Positions 45,080-55,038 of a DNA stretch of 64,000 bases are shown here, one piece after another; within the stretch, counting starts at the first letter, position 1, and each line of letters begins with the position of its first letter. The notes under the pieces are model-generated. The model saw only the letters and a list, made by a program, of their open reading frames with translations. It searched no databases and was not told where the DNA came from. Source of the stretch: an uncultured cyanobacterium (GTDB lineage Bacteria; Cyanobacteriota; Cyanobacteriia; Cyanobacteriales; Cyanobacteriaceae); NCBI GenBank assembly GCA_963749915.1, contig CAVVOP010000008.1, forward strand, positions 640,001 to 704,000, read 5' to 3'. The position numbers were made by a program, and so were the translations under genes.

Positions 45080-46954
45080 CTAGTAAGGCAGTTGAGATAT
45101 TTGTTGGCAACAAATGTCACTGAAACTTAGACCATCGCTTAAGTATAATTTTTCTTCAGATTCCTGGGTTTTCACTAAAATTTCATTGTCTTGCCTAATA
45201 AGGAGGATGCCTTTGGGCAAAAGATCTCTAGCTAAAATCTTCTCTATTTCAGTCGGATTATCTAAAATAATTAGGTCACTACCTTGGTAAAAAGTACCTT
45301 GTGAGGCAAAAATTTCTTCTGAATATTCTGCGATTAAACAATCAAGTCCGGGATGACGAAGCAACATTTCTATATTCAAATTGTAATTTGAACGTAAAGT
45401 TTGCTGAGTGTGATTTAACCACATTCCCCCCTGACAAACACCGCCAATTAACCACTGGGGATGGGAAGATAAGATGGTGTTGATATACTGAGAAAGCGAC
45501 TCTTGTTCAAGACGATTGCAAGTGATAATCGGAATACGACTTTCTTGGCTAGAAGGGAAAAAATGCTTTATAATTCGACTTGGGACATCAACACTCTCGC
45601 CGATAGCTGGGTGCAAATGCATAAAAACGCCGGGGGCAGCATTAATTTCCAACACGGCAAGCCCACTTTCATGCCAAGATTGAGAAATATTTTCGGTGAT
45701 GACATCAACTCCTAGACAAACAAGACGAAAATATTGGGCGATATAAGTTGCTAGTTTTTGATTATCAGGATGAACTTTGTCCGTTACGTCAATGCTAACA
45801 CCACCACCAGAAATATTGGCAACTTGACTTAAATATACTGTTTGATCCAGTTTAGGAGTGCTGTTGAAAGATAACTTCTGTTGGGCGAGATAATTATCCA
45901 TCCTTGCATCAGGACGAATTTTAGTCAGGGTAGAAGTGGGGGTGTCTTGACGAGCAACAGTGGCATTTTCTTGCTCAATTAATTCAGCGATCGTCAACTT
46001 GCCATCACCAACGACAAATGGTGGACGACGTTCCAAACCGGCGACAAATTTCCCTCCCACACAAAGAAGACGAAAATCGGCACCGGCGATATTTTTTTCG
46101 ACAATAATAGGTATTCTGTAATGATTTGTGTCCGGATTGATTTGACGAAATGCTAAACGTAAGTCATCCTCTTCCTGGATATTAGCCGTTACACCAATTC
46201 CTTTGTGCCCACTTACCGGTTTGACAGCTACAGGATAACCAATTGTTTCTGCCACAGCTAAAGCCTTTTTTTCCGAGTAAACTACTTCCCCCTGGGGTAT
46301 GGGAAAACCACAATTAGCCAAAAAGTCTTTGCAATCATCTTTTTGGGTGGTGAAGTCTGAATCTAAATGACTATCGACATCAAAAGTAGTGCCCATTCCT
46401 CTAATTTGCAATTTTCCATAACCATATTGGATTAATCTTTCTTCGGTTAGATAAAAGAAGGGAATTTTTTGTAAATGAGCTGCTTTTAAGATAGCGTAGC
46501 TGGTGGGTCCACCATAAGGAGAGCTGGAAAAGATATCTTGTAGCTGATTCAGACGTCGATGGAATTTAAAGTGCTGATCATTAGCAATGGCGTCAAACCA
46601 ATCCTTAACTAAATAGATAGCTTCTTGTAATGTTTGATGGTGAAGAGACTCTATCGCAATAGAGCAACCTTTATCCTTGCTGGTTAAACTAAATTGGTGA
46701 AGGTGTAGTCCCATGTCTAGTCGACTTACGAAAGAAACTGTTTGAGCAAACAAATCTCCATAGGAGGAAAATTGTAATGAAGTTAACCCAGAAAGATATT
46801 TGCCAATTTCTTGTTGGTAATTTTCCAAGCTCAAAGATGCGACATTTTCCCCGGCAACGAAATCAAATGCGATCGCTTTACAATTGAGATAAGGATTTGG
46901 TCCGGCATAATATCTGAAATTGGAAAGATCTAAATACGAAGATTGATGATTCAC
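45080..46954 (-). CDS. cphA2: Cyanophycin synthetase-like protein CphA2 (ATP-grasp with truncated Mur-like domain)
   Basis: YAGPN N-domain, GPTS, IQYGYG, VKPVSGHKGIGVT, DFRLLCV, ANISGGG, EINAAPG, SRIPII. At 624 aa it is shorter than CphA1 and lacks the GTNGKTT P-loop. Confidence 0.8.
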   Translation of the reverse strand: MNHQSSYLDLSNFRYYAGPNPYLNCKAIAFDFVAGENVASLSLENYQQEIGKYLSGLTSLQFSSYGDLFAQTVSFVSRLDMGLHLHQFSLTSKDKGCSIAIESLHHQTLQEAIYLVKDWFDAIANDQHFKFHRRLNQLQDIFSSSPYGGPTSYAILKAAHLQKIPFFYLTEERLIQYGYGKLQIRGMGTTFDVDSHLDSDFTTQKDDCKDFLANCGFPIPQGEVVYSEKKALAVAETIGYPVAVKPVSGHKGIGVTANIQEEDDLRLAFRQINPDTNHYRIPIIVEKNIAGADFRLLCVGGKFVAGLERRPPFVVGDGKLTIAELIEQENATVARQDTPTSTLTKIRPDARMDNYLAQQKLSFNSTPKLDQTVYLSQVANISGGGVSIDVTDKVHPDNQKLATYIAQYFRLVCLGVDVITENISQSWHESGLAVLEINAAPGVFMHLHPAIGESVDVPSRIIKHFFPSSQESRIPIITCNRLEQESLSQYINTILSSHPQWLIGGVCQGGMWLNHTQQTLRSNYNLNIEMLLRHPGLDCLIAEYSEEIFASQGTFYQGSDLIILDNPTEIEKILARDLLPKGILLIRQDNEILVKTQESEEKLYLSDGLSFSDICCQQISQLPY

Positions 46955-47445
46955 GGGGTTAATCGATAAAATCTCGAATATTCTTTTGATTAATTATTAC
47001 TATTATAATGGTTCTGTTGCCAAAAATTTATGTTTTCATCGAGCTGACGTTGATTAAGTTATTTGTATTTCTTCTTAAAAGAACCGCATCGATGTCCAGC
47101 AATTCTCATTTTGGAAAAATATTAACTATAACCTCAAGTATCTCACCATCAAAATTAATTGAATTTCTCAAACTAGAATTAATGGAAAAAGCAAACAAGA
47201 TTGTGAAAATGTAGCCAGAAAAAGATAGCTGTTAAGAAATCCAAATAATCAGGAAAAAAATCAAAATTTTTTGTTCCGGAGTACTCTCTCAGTTTTGCCA
47301 TATTTGTGAACTTGATGATGGCCGCAGAGAAAACATTTCATAGACAGGATAAGAATGTTATTGTCCCATGGTACTCCCCTCATCCCTCAGTTTTTCCTGT
47401 TACCACCCTAGAGAGTTTGCTATAATCTTTACAACTTAATTCTTA

Positions 47446-50334
47446 ATGAGATTAATAATGGAATCACTAGAGATTAGTCCTAATTTTAGTTTTCTTAAGG
47501 TTGTCGATCTAGCAGAATTAGCTACTCTTGCTGAAAAATATTACAAATCAGATCCCAATATCTCTTTATTTAAGTGTCGTCAGTTCGTAGAAGTTTGTGC
47601 TAAATATGTTTCGGCTCAAATCGGCATTTATGAAGAAGTTAAAAATGAAAAACTAATCTACATTATCAATCAACTTCGCAAGAAAAAAGCCATTCAAGAT
47701 CGTATCTATTACTTATTGAACGATGCGAGAAATCTAGCTAATTCAGAAGTTTATTTAGATGCTCAACACTCTACCACTACTAACCCCGAAAAGAACAATA
47801 AGATTAACTCCAATATAGCTTTAAAATGTGTAAAAAAAATACATAAATTAGCAATTTGGTACCACAAAGCATTTTGTTCAGATAAAAATAAACCTTTTAA
47901 AGAACCTGAATATATTATCCCAATAGGTCTAGAAGATAAAATCAGAGAATTAGAAGCACGATTAATAAGTCAAAATGAACCTAAATTAATCAAAGAAATT
48001 GAAGAAGAAATTGAATATGTACAATTAAAAAAAGAAGAAGAAGAAAAAATCATGGCTCAATCTAACCATGATCTTGACGATCATCTTCAATCTAGTGATT
48101 TAGATGAAGAATTAACTCGTATCTTCCAAGAAACAACATTAAAACCCGAAGTTATAAAATCTAATTTAAGTAATGCAGCAAAAGCTGAAAATGACACGAT
48201 TTTAGGGGATGACAACATTATCCGAACTACTGAAATTAATAAATTAGCACAGGGATTAATTCTGAGACATCGTTACAAAATTATAGAAGAATTAAGTTCA
48301 GGAAGTTTTGGCACAACCTATATTGCCCATGACTTAGATAAACCCAACAAACCATTATGCGTAGTTAAACAATTTACTCCTAAACAATCTGATAGTGGCA
48401 CGTTTAGTAAAGCTCGATGTTTATTCAATCAAGAAGCTGAAATCTTACAAAAATTAGGGACTCATACTGAAGTCCCCTGTTTATTGGCTTTCTTTGAAGA
48501 TAATCATAATCTATTTTTAGTACAAGAGTATATTGAGGGATATATATTAAGAGAAGAATTAACTATACAATCGGGAGAAAAACAAGTGATTCAATTGTTA
48601 AAAGATATACTTAAACCATTGTCTTATGTACATCAAACTGAGATAGTTCACCGTGATATTAAACCCGAAAATTTGATTCGCCGTGCCATCGATGACAAGA
48701 TAGTGATTATTGATTTTGGAGCTGTTAAGCAAATATTAAAACAAAAGAATACAAAAGGTACTGTTATTGGTACAAAGGCTTATATGTCTCCAGAACAGTT
48801 CAAAGGACAGATTACTTATAGTTGTGATGTCTATGCAGTGGGAATAATAGCCATAGAAGCATTAACAGGCAGAAGAATGCCAGAAAATATTTATCCAAAA
48901 CAGTACTTAGCATCAATAAATTTTATCAGTGATGGATTCAAAGAAATATTATTGAATATGACGGCAATTAATTATGAAGACCGTTATAGTTCTGCTCAAG
49001 AAGTATTAAGAGCGATCGAGGAATGGGAGGAAAAAGAAAATGAAACACCGACAAAAATTTCCCAACCACTAACATCACAAGATAATTCAAATTTAATCAC
49101 AATTCCTGAACCTCGAGGAAGTATATCGGAACAACCATTACAATCTCCAGTATCAGGAGAAAAAACACCAAAAACCTTAATAGAGCAAATTAGATCAATA
49201 CCTTTAGCCTTCAAATTAGGGGGGGGGATTGTCGCTTTATTACTGTTAGGATTATTCATCAAATCAATTCCCTATTTAACTAAAACCAAACTTGCTCAAA
49301 CAGAATTAACCATCGGTACTCTCTGGACACCAGAATCATTGCAGGGATTAACTGAACATATTGAAGAAAACTCAGTACCCGCTAACTATTTTGATTTTCT
49401 CTCCGGCAAAAAAATAAAAGTATTAACTAATGGTAATAAGAGTATTCCCTATGGTGAAGCCCAAAAAAGAATAGAAGTTAAACAGTGGGATATTGCCTTC
49501 GCTAATTCTCCCATGCTTTCTATCTTTGCTAAAGAGCAAGGTTATACTCATATTGCTGGAATGTTTCCCAAAACTCCTAATTATCAAGCTGGTTTATTTG
49601 TCAAAAATAATAGTTCGATTCAATCATTAAATGATATTAAAACCTCAACTAGAGTGGCATTAGGAGGATTTTATTCGGCTTCTAGTTTCTATATGCCTGT
49701 TTATGATCTTTACGGTAAAACCATTACTGCTGATACGGGTAATAGAGGACAGGCCATCATTGAATTAGTTAGAGACGGTAAGACAGATGTCGGGGCTGCG
49801 GCAATTGGGGACTCCATTCGTAAAGATGATCCAGATTTTAGAATTATTCATGTTTCAAGGAATATACCTAGTTCTGGTGTTTATGCTTCTCCTGATTTAT
49901 CCGAATCTGACCAACAAAACATCAAAAAGTTAATGTTAACTGCTTCGGATGAAGTCCAAAAAAAAGCTAACTATGGAGATAGAGCTGAAGCTGATTTTAC
50001 TGAATTTAAGAAAATAGTTGAAAGAGTTGGAGAAATCTTAATCTGTACTGATTTTAATAAAAATCCTGTTACTTTAGCTTGTACTGGCAATATTGAGACT
50101 TTAGAAGGCAAAATCAATGGTGCCTCCATCGAAGGAAATAATGCCATTCTTAAACTATCCGCTAATAATCAAATCTATAATCTTTCTCTCTCTTTAAAAA
50201 TTACTCAAGAGTTATTTGATAGTGATAAATTGACTGATATACAAGGAAAATCAGTGATAGTCAAAACTAATCAAATTAATGGTAATAACGTCAAAATCAA
50301 TCAAACAAATCAACTTAAAGTGAAAAATAATTAA
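47446..50334 (+). CDS. Membrane Ser/Thr protein kinase with N-terminal DUF4145/HsdR-N-like domain and C-terminal PhnD-like substrate-binding domain
   Basis: Kinase motifs GSFG, VVKQ, HRDIKPEN, DFG, YMSPE, DVYAVG; TM helix LGGGIVALLLLGLF; C-terminal WDIAF..SP, SASSFYMPVYDL periplasmic-binding features; N-terminal NFSFL..LAELATLAEKY..DPN.SLFKCRQF.E. Confidence 0.85.
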   Translation: MRLIMESLEISPNFSFLKVVDLAELATLAEKYYKSDPNISLFKCRQFVEVCAKYVSAQIGIYEEVKNEKLIYIINQLRKKKAIQDRIYYLLNDARNLANSEVYLDAQHSTTTNPEKNNKINSNIALKCVKKIHKLAIWYHKAFCSDKNKPFKEPEYIIPIGLEDKIRELEARLISQNEPKLIKEIEEEIEYVQLKKEEEEKIMAQSNHDLDDHLQSSDLDEELTRIFQETTLKPEVIKSNLSNAAKAENDTILGDDNIIRTTEINKLAQGLILRHRYKIIEELSSGSFGTTYIAHDLDKPNKPLCVVKQFTPKQSDSGTFSKARCLFNQEAEILQKLGTHTEVPCLLAFFEDNHNLFLVQEYIEGYILREELTIQSGEKQVIQLLKDILKPLSYVHQTEIVHRDIKPENLIRRAIDDKIVIIDFGAVKQILKQKNTKGTVIGTKAYMSPEQFKGQITYSCDVYAVGIIAIEALTGRRMPENIYPKQYLASINFISDGFKEILLNMTAINYEDRYSSAQEVLRAIEEWEEKENETPTKISQPLTSQDNSNLITIPEPRGSISEQPLQSPVSGEKTPKTLIEQIRSIPLAFKLGGGIVALLLLGLFIKSIPYLTKTKLAQTELTIGTLWTPESLQGLTEHIEENSVPANYFDFLSGKKIKVLTNGNKSIPYGEAQKRIEVKQWDIAFANSPMLSIFAKEQGYTHIAGMFPKTPNYQAGLFVKNNSSIQSLNDIKTSTRVALGGFYSASSFYMPVYDLYGKTITADTGNRGQAIIELVRDGKTDVGAAAIGDSIRKDDPDFRIIHVSRNIPSSGVYASPDLSESDQQNIKKLMLTASDEVQKKANYGDRAEADFTEFKKIVERVGEILICTDFNKNPVTLACTGNIETLEGKINGASIEGNNAILKLSANNQIYNLSLSLKITQELFDSDKLTDIQGKSVIVKTNQINGNNVKINQTNQLKVKNN

Positions 50335-50421
50335 TTTAGCTATTTCCCCTGACGAAAAATGGATTTCTTTACTTATTGCTTATCGATCGAAATCATGCTA
50401 GCATTGCGGGGTTTAACCTCA

Positions 50422-50515
50422 GGTCTGTCAAGATGGTTTTGAGGGACTGGGAACGGATAATTTTGGATTTTGGAGGATTGTTTTATCCCTCATTTCAAAA
50501 TTGGCAGACCACTAG
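50422..50515. mobile_element. Small MITE-like element upstream of the sterol operon
   Basis: Imperfect inverted ends GGTCTGTCAA (50422-50431) / TTGGCAGACC(ACTAG) (50501-50515), inner TGAGGGA/TCCCTCA pair and a TTTTGGA heptamer. Confidence 0.55.
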
Positions 50516-50572
50516 ATGTTTTAGTCCTATTGAACAGTTAACTAAGAGAAAGTAACAGCAAGACCTAGAGAC

Positions 50573-51679
50573 ATGAATAAACTTATATATTCAATTACCC
50601 CAGTTGGTCTGGGTTATGCATCAATAATCTTTGTCGGCTTTGTGACTGTGATGTTTTTGGCTACAATCTTCTTGCCAGGGAAACAATATACAGGCTGTTT
50701 ACAACCAGACGGTAATCGCAAAACTTACAAACTTAATGGATTGCTGGTATTTATAGCAACTACCCTCATTGTAGCAGTACTCACCTTCAGATTCCACCTG
50801 ACACTCGCACCCCTAATTACCTATTTCTGGTCTTTGTTCATTGTTGCTAACCTATTTGCTTTTCTTTGGACTGGCATTTTATATGTAAAGACGCAAAGAA
50901 AACAGGCTGTTAGTAATCAACCACAACCGTTGGCTAAAATCTTTAGTAATTTATGGTTTGGCATGGAACTCAACCCAACTTGGCTGGGGGTTGATTTAAA
51001 AATGTTCGCCTACCAACCCTCTCTCATTAGTTTAGGACTAATAAATGCAGCATTTGCCTACGTGCAATCTGAAAAGTACGGGGAAATTACTCCACAAATG
51101 TTGATGTTCCAGGGGTTTTGGTGGCTGTACCTTGCCACTCACTATTACTATGAAGAATTCATGCTTTCGACCTGGGACATTATTGCTGAGAAATTGGGGT
51201 TCATGTTGATCTGGGGGGACTTAGTTTTGGTTCCTTTCTTTTACAGTATCATCGGCTGGTATTTAGTGGATGTAATTGAACCAATCCCAGTAGCTGGAGT
51301 AATTGCTATTAGCTTGCTTTACCTCGTGGGATTAACGATATTTCGGGGTGCTAATGCCCAAAAGCATCGCTTCAAGAAAAATTTTCAGGCAAGGATTTGG
51401 GGTCAGCCAGCTCAAACTTTAGAAGGAAAGCTTTTGGTGTCTGGTTGGTGGGGTATTGGTCGCAAGCTTAACTATACAGGTGAAATTTGTGTCTATTTTG
51501 CACTAGCATTAACCACCGGGTTTAACTCAATTATCCCCTACCTGCTACCTCTGTGGTTGTGCGTCCTCTTATCTCATAGGGCATGGCGTGACGAACAGCG
51601 TTGCCAAGCAAAGTATGGTAATCTTTGGAAGATTTACTGCACTAAAGTCCGATTTCGGATGCTACCCTTTGTTTATTAA
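50573..51679 (+). CDS. ERG4/ERG24-family sterol reductase (delta14 / delta7 / delta24(28) type)
   Basis: YKLNG, GMELNP, DLKMF, TWDIIAEKLGFMLIWGDL, ANAQKHRF, LLVSGWWGIGRKLNYTGE, HRAWRDEQRCQAKYG; multi-pass membrane protein. Confidence 0.9.
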   Translation: MNKLIYSITPVGLGYASIIFVGFVTVMFLATIFLPGKQYTGCLQPDGNRKTYKLNGLLVFIATTLIVAVLTFRFHLTLAPLITYFWSLFIVANLFAFLWTGILYVKTQRKQAVSNQPQPLAKIFSNLWFGMELNPTWLGVDLKMFAYQPSLISLGLINAAFAYVQSEKYGEITPQMLMFQGFWWLYLATHYYYEEFMLSTWDIIAEKLGFMLIWGDLVLVPFFYSIIGWYLVDVIEPIPVAGVIAISLLYLVGLTIFRGANAQKHRFKKNFQARIWGQPAQTLEGKLLVSGWWGIGRKLNYTGEICVYFALALTTGFNSIIPYLLPLWLCVLLSHRAWRDEQRCQAKYGNLWKIYCTKVRFRMLPFVY

Positions 51680-51708
51680 ACTTAAATTTTTGAAGATTAA
51701 TTTTAAAA

Positions 51709-53034
51709 ATGGTGAGAACACTTTCCCCTGATATAGTCGTGATTGGTGCAGGTCCAGTCGGTTGCGTGACTGCCATAGCTTGGGCTCATAGTGGGGCAAA
51801 AGTCATGTTGTTGGAGGCGCAAGCCCAAAAGAAAAAACGGCTGGCAGGAGAATGGTTGCACCCCCCTGGCGTGCAAGTCTTAGAGCGTTTGGGTCTTTTA
51901 ATGGCTTTTGAGCCAGTTAATTATGCGACAGGTCTTGGTTTTGTTGTCTTTACTGATGATGGTAGTGAGCCAATTCCACTTCATTACCCTAATCATGCAA
52001 TGGGGATTAGTTGTGAACATAATCACATCGTTTCTACACTGCAGAAAGCGGCCGCTGATTGTGAGGGGGTAAATTATATCCCTAGTGCTCGGGTGACGAA
52101 GATTCAGGGGGGGCAGTTAACCTTTAAAGACCTCAAAGGAGGAGAAAATTTTACTATCTCCAGCAAACTCATTGTGGGAGCAGATGGTCGTTCCTCAGCA
52201 GCTCGCAAAGCTCTGGGTATTCCCCATAAAGTCCAACCGGTTTCCTATATGGCGGGGGTGCTACTGGAAAATGTTGAGTTACCCTTTGAAGGCTTTGGTC
52301 ATTTGTTTTTAGGGGGACCAGGACCTATCACTGCATATCGCGTTAGTCACAATCAAGTCCGTATTTGCCTCGATGTGCCACTGGATTTTTCTAAAAAATC
52401 TGTTGATTTGTGGGATGTCTATAGTCCTATTCTACCGTCGGAATTGCTGGAGGCATTTCGCCAGACCTTAGAAAAAGGGGAAGTCTTGTGGGTGGCAAAC
52501 CAGTATAGTCCTCGCATTCACTACGGTTGTCAGAGTTTGGCACTGGTAGGCGATGCAACTGGATACTTCCATCCGATGACGGCAACAGGCATGACCATCG
52601 GTTTTATGGATGCAGAGTGTCTTTTGCACAGTAACAGTTTTAACAAGTACCAGAGTCAACGTAGTTGGGGAACCTATGTGCCAGAAATGCTCGCGACTAC
52701 TCTTTATGAGGTGTTTTGCCATGATGATGACAGTGCTGTAGCCATCCGCAGGGCCGTATATAAAATGTGGCGACAAGACCCAAAAGAATGCGTTCGCACC
52801 ATGCATTTACTATCCGGCGCTCAAACAAATCTCTGGCATTTTATCAGCTCATTTCTCAAAGCATTGGTGCTGGCTGTCGAATCAGTAATCCAGAAATATG
52901 GTTCTCAGAGGCAATGGCGACAGTTGATCCCAGCTTTGGGGGCTTTTGGTAAGTGGCTGCGATGGCCCATTGTTATTGCCTGGTCCCGTCTTCCCATCAT
53001 TAACATTTTTCTAAATCATGAACCAAGACATTGA
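51709..53034 (+). CDS. Squalene epoxidase / monooxygenase (FAD-dependent)
   Basis: VIGAGPVG Rossmann, GEWLHPPG (cf. GE.LQPGG), VGADGRSS, LVGDA..HPMTATGMT (cf. HPLTGGGMT). Directly upstream of and overlapping the cyclase. Confidence 0.85.
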   Translation: MVRTLSPDIVVIGAGPVGCVTAIAWAHSGAKVMLLEAQAQKKKRLAGEWLHPPGVQVLERLGLLMAFEPVNYATGLGFVVFTDDGSEPIPLHYPNHAMGISCEHNHIVSTLQKAAADCEGVNYIPSARVTKIQGGQLTFKDLKGGENFTISSKLIVGADGRSSAARKALGIPHKVQPVSYMAGVLLENVELPFEGFGHLFLGGPGPITAYRVSHNQVRICLDVPLDFSKKSVDLWDVYSPILPSELLEAFRQTLEKGEVLWVANQYSPRIHYGCQSLALVGDATGYFHPMTATGMTIGFMDAECLLHSNSFNKYQSQRSWGTYVPEMLATTLYEVFCHDDDSAVAIRRAVYKMWRQDPKECVRTMHLLSGAQTNLWHFISSFLKALVLAVESVIQKYGSQRQWRQLIPALGAFGKWLRWPIVIAWSRLPIINIFLNHEPRH

Positions 53035-55003
53035 ATTCACCGCCAACTCCACTACCACTCTTGAACGTGCCATTAGGTCTTTGATTTCCCGACAACAAGC
53101 CGACGGTTCTTGGGAGGGAGAGGTAGTGTGGTGTCCCCTGCTACCAGCCCAGTATGTGCTTATGTGTCACATTACTCAAACACCAGTTTCAACAGAACGC
53201 CGGCAGGCTATCCTACAGCAATTCAAGACAACTCGTCTGCCTTGTGGTTTGTGGGGATTGCATGATAAGTCCCAGCCTTACTTATTTGTCACAACCCTTG
53301 TCTATGTATCTGCCCGTCTCTTAGGTCTGCCCAAAGAAGACCCGCTTTTAGCTCAACCCCTAAAATTTATACGGGAACAGGGGGGTGTGGTCACCATTCC
53401 CACCTGGGGAAAATTCTGGTTAGCTATGATGAATCTTTACGATTGGCGTGGTGTTAATCCAGTATTGCCCGAAGTATGGCTGCTGCCAAAATGGATACCT
53501 GTTCATCCAGGAAATTTTTACTGTCACACGCGACTAATTTATCTGCCGATGGGCTTTATTTATGGGCGGAAGTTTCAGCTTCCCTTAACACCATTAATTG
53601 AAATGTTACGCTCCGAGTTGTATGTGGATGATTACCAGCAGGTTAACTTTAAGGCAGCACGGTTAATGTTAAGGCAAGAGGAAGTTTATAGTCCTCCCGG
53701 TGCACTCCTGAAGCTAATCTACAAATTAAGTGGTCTTTACGAACGATGGCATCATCAAGGTTGGCGACGAAAAGTGCTTGCTCAAATGATAGACCTGATC
53801 CGCTTTGAGTTACAGACAACTGATTATACGAGTCTGTCTCCCGTTAGTGGCTTACTAAACATGATCGCCCTTTGGCTGCACGACCCCAAGGACGCAGACT
53901 TGCACAGAGCATTAGAACGCTTTGAAGGGTGGATCTGGCAAGACGAACAAGCGGGAATTAGGGTTGTAGGGGCACGCAGTAGTACTTGGGACACTAGTTT
54001 TGCTATTCAAGCCTTACAAGCAGCCAGTTCTTATGAAGACGTTTCTGCCAGTCTTTTGAAAGGGCAGCAGTTTCTTGCCAGTCAACAGATTTGCCAAACC
54101 TTTGCTAATCTACAAATGTTTCCAGGAACTTCTCTAAACTATCGCATCGATCCCAAAGGAGGATTCTGCTTCGCTGGGGTTTGGCATGGGTGGCCCGTGA
54201 GTGACTGTACTGCTGAGGCACTCCTAGCATTATTAGATGCCCCACCTGAAGTAATTGCCAATTGTAATTTGCAGGATGCGGTGGAATTTATCCTCCGTTG
54301 TCAAAACGCCGATGGTGGTTTTGGCAGTTACGAGCGCCGCAAGATTGCCTCAACCCTGGAGTGGATGAACCCAGCCGAGATGTTTGCTAACTCAATGACC
54401 GAGCATTCCTATATCGAGTGTACAGCCTCTAGTCTCATGGCACTGAGGGAATTTTTGACTTATTACCCAGAAATAATGAGTGATAAAATTGACACTGCTA
54501 TTCAACGGGCTAGCTTATGGTTGCGACGACAGCAGGGGCCCGACGGCTCTTGGTTAGGTTTTTGGGGCGTGAATTTCATCTATGGCACCATGTTTGCCAT
54601 TCACGGCCTATTAGCAGCAACTAATACGACCAATGACCCGGCCATCCGCAAAGGGTGTCGTTGGTTAATAAGTAAACAAAGACCAGATGGGGGATGGGGA
54701 GAACATTTCCGGGGCTGTTTGACGGGTGAATATGTGGAACATACTGAAAGTCAAGTCACTCAAACTGCTTGGGCAATGATGGCCTTACTTAAAGCAGATG
54801 GGAACCATTGGCAGGAAATTACCAGAGGGGCAAGTTTTCTGAGAGATATGCAATTAGAAAATGGCGAATGGGCCGAACAAGATTGGAGTGGGTTGTTCTT
54901 CCAGACGGTATTGTTGGATTATAAGCTTTATCGCCTTTACTTTCCAGTATGGGCACTATCTTTGTATGAGTCGCAGCGGCAGAAAGACTTACTTTCTCCC
55001 TAG
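53018..55003 (+). CDS. osc: 2,3-oxidosqualene cyclase
   Basis: Catalytic VSDCTAE (OSC type, not the DXDD of squalene-hopene cyclase), IPTWGKFWLA, YCHTR, YIECT, several QW repeats (QxxDGSW, QNADGGF, QRPDGGWGE), WGVNFIYGT. Confidence 0.93.
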   Translation: MNQDIEFTANSTTTLERAIRSLISRQQADGSWEGEVVWCPLLPAQYVLMCHITQTPVSTERRQAILQQFKTTRLPCGLWGLHDKSQPYLFVTTLVYVSARLLGLPKEDPLLAQPLKFIREQGGVVTIPTWGKFWLAMMNLYDWRGVNPVLPEVWLLPKWIPVHPGNFYCHTRLIYLPMGFIYGRKFQLPLTPLIEMLRSELYVDDYQQVNFKAARLMLRQEEVYSPPGALLKLIYKLSGLYERWHHQGWRRKVLAQMIDLIRFELQTTDYTSLSPVSGLLNMIALWLHDPKDADLHRALERFEGWIWQDEQAGIRVVGARSSTWDTSFAIQALQAASSYEDVSASLLKGQQFLASQQICQTFANLQMFPGTSLNYRIDPKGGFCFAGVWHGWPVSDCTAEALLALLDAPPEVIANCNLQDAVEFILRCQNADGGFGSYERRKIASTLEWMNPAEMFANSMTEHSYIECTASSLMALREFLTYYPEIMSDKIDTAIQRASLWLRRQQGPDGSWLGFWGVNFIYGTMFAIHGLLAATNTTNDPAIRKGCRWLISKQRPDGGWGEHFRGCLTGEYVEHTESQVTQTAWAMMALLKADGNHWQEITRGASFLRDMQLENGEWAEQDWSGLFFQTVLLDYKLYRLYFPVWALSLYESQRQKDLLSP

Positions 55004-55038
55004 ATCGACAAACTTTTGAAAAAAATTTACGAATTGTT

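Noticed and set aside
45080..46954. Canonical cyanophycin synthetase CphA1
   Set aside because: Too short, lacks the GTNGKTT Mur-ligase P-loop and has no adjacent cphB.
47008..47214. 68-aa ORF upstream of cphA2
   Set aside because: No motif or RBS; an AT-rich chance ORF is likely.
53018..55003. Squalene-hopene cyclase (the usual cyanobacterial triterpene cyclase)
   Set aside because: The catalytic motif is DCTAE, not DXDD, and the gene is coupled to a squalene epoxidase.
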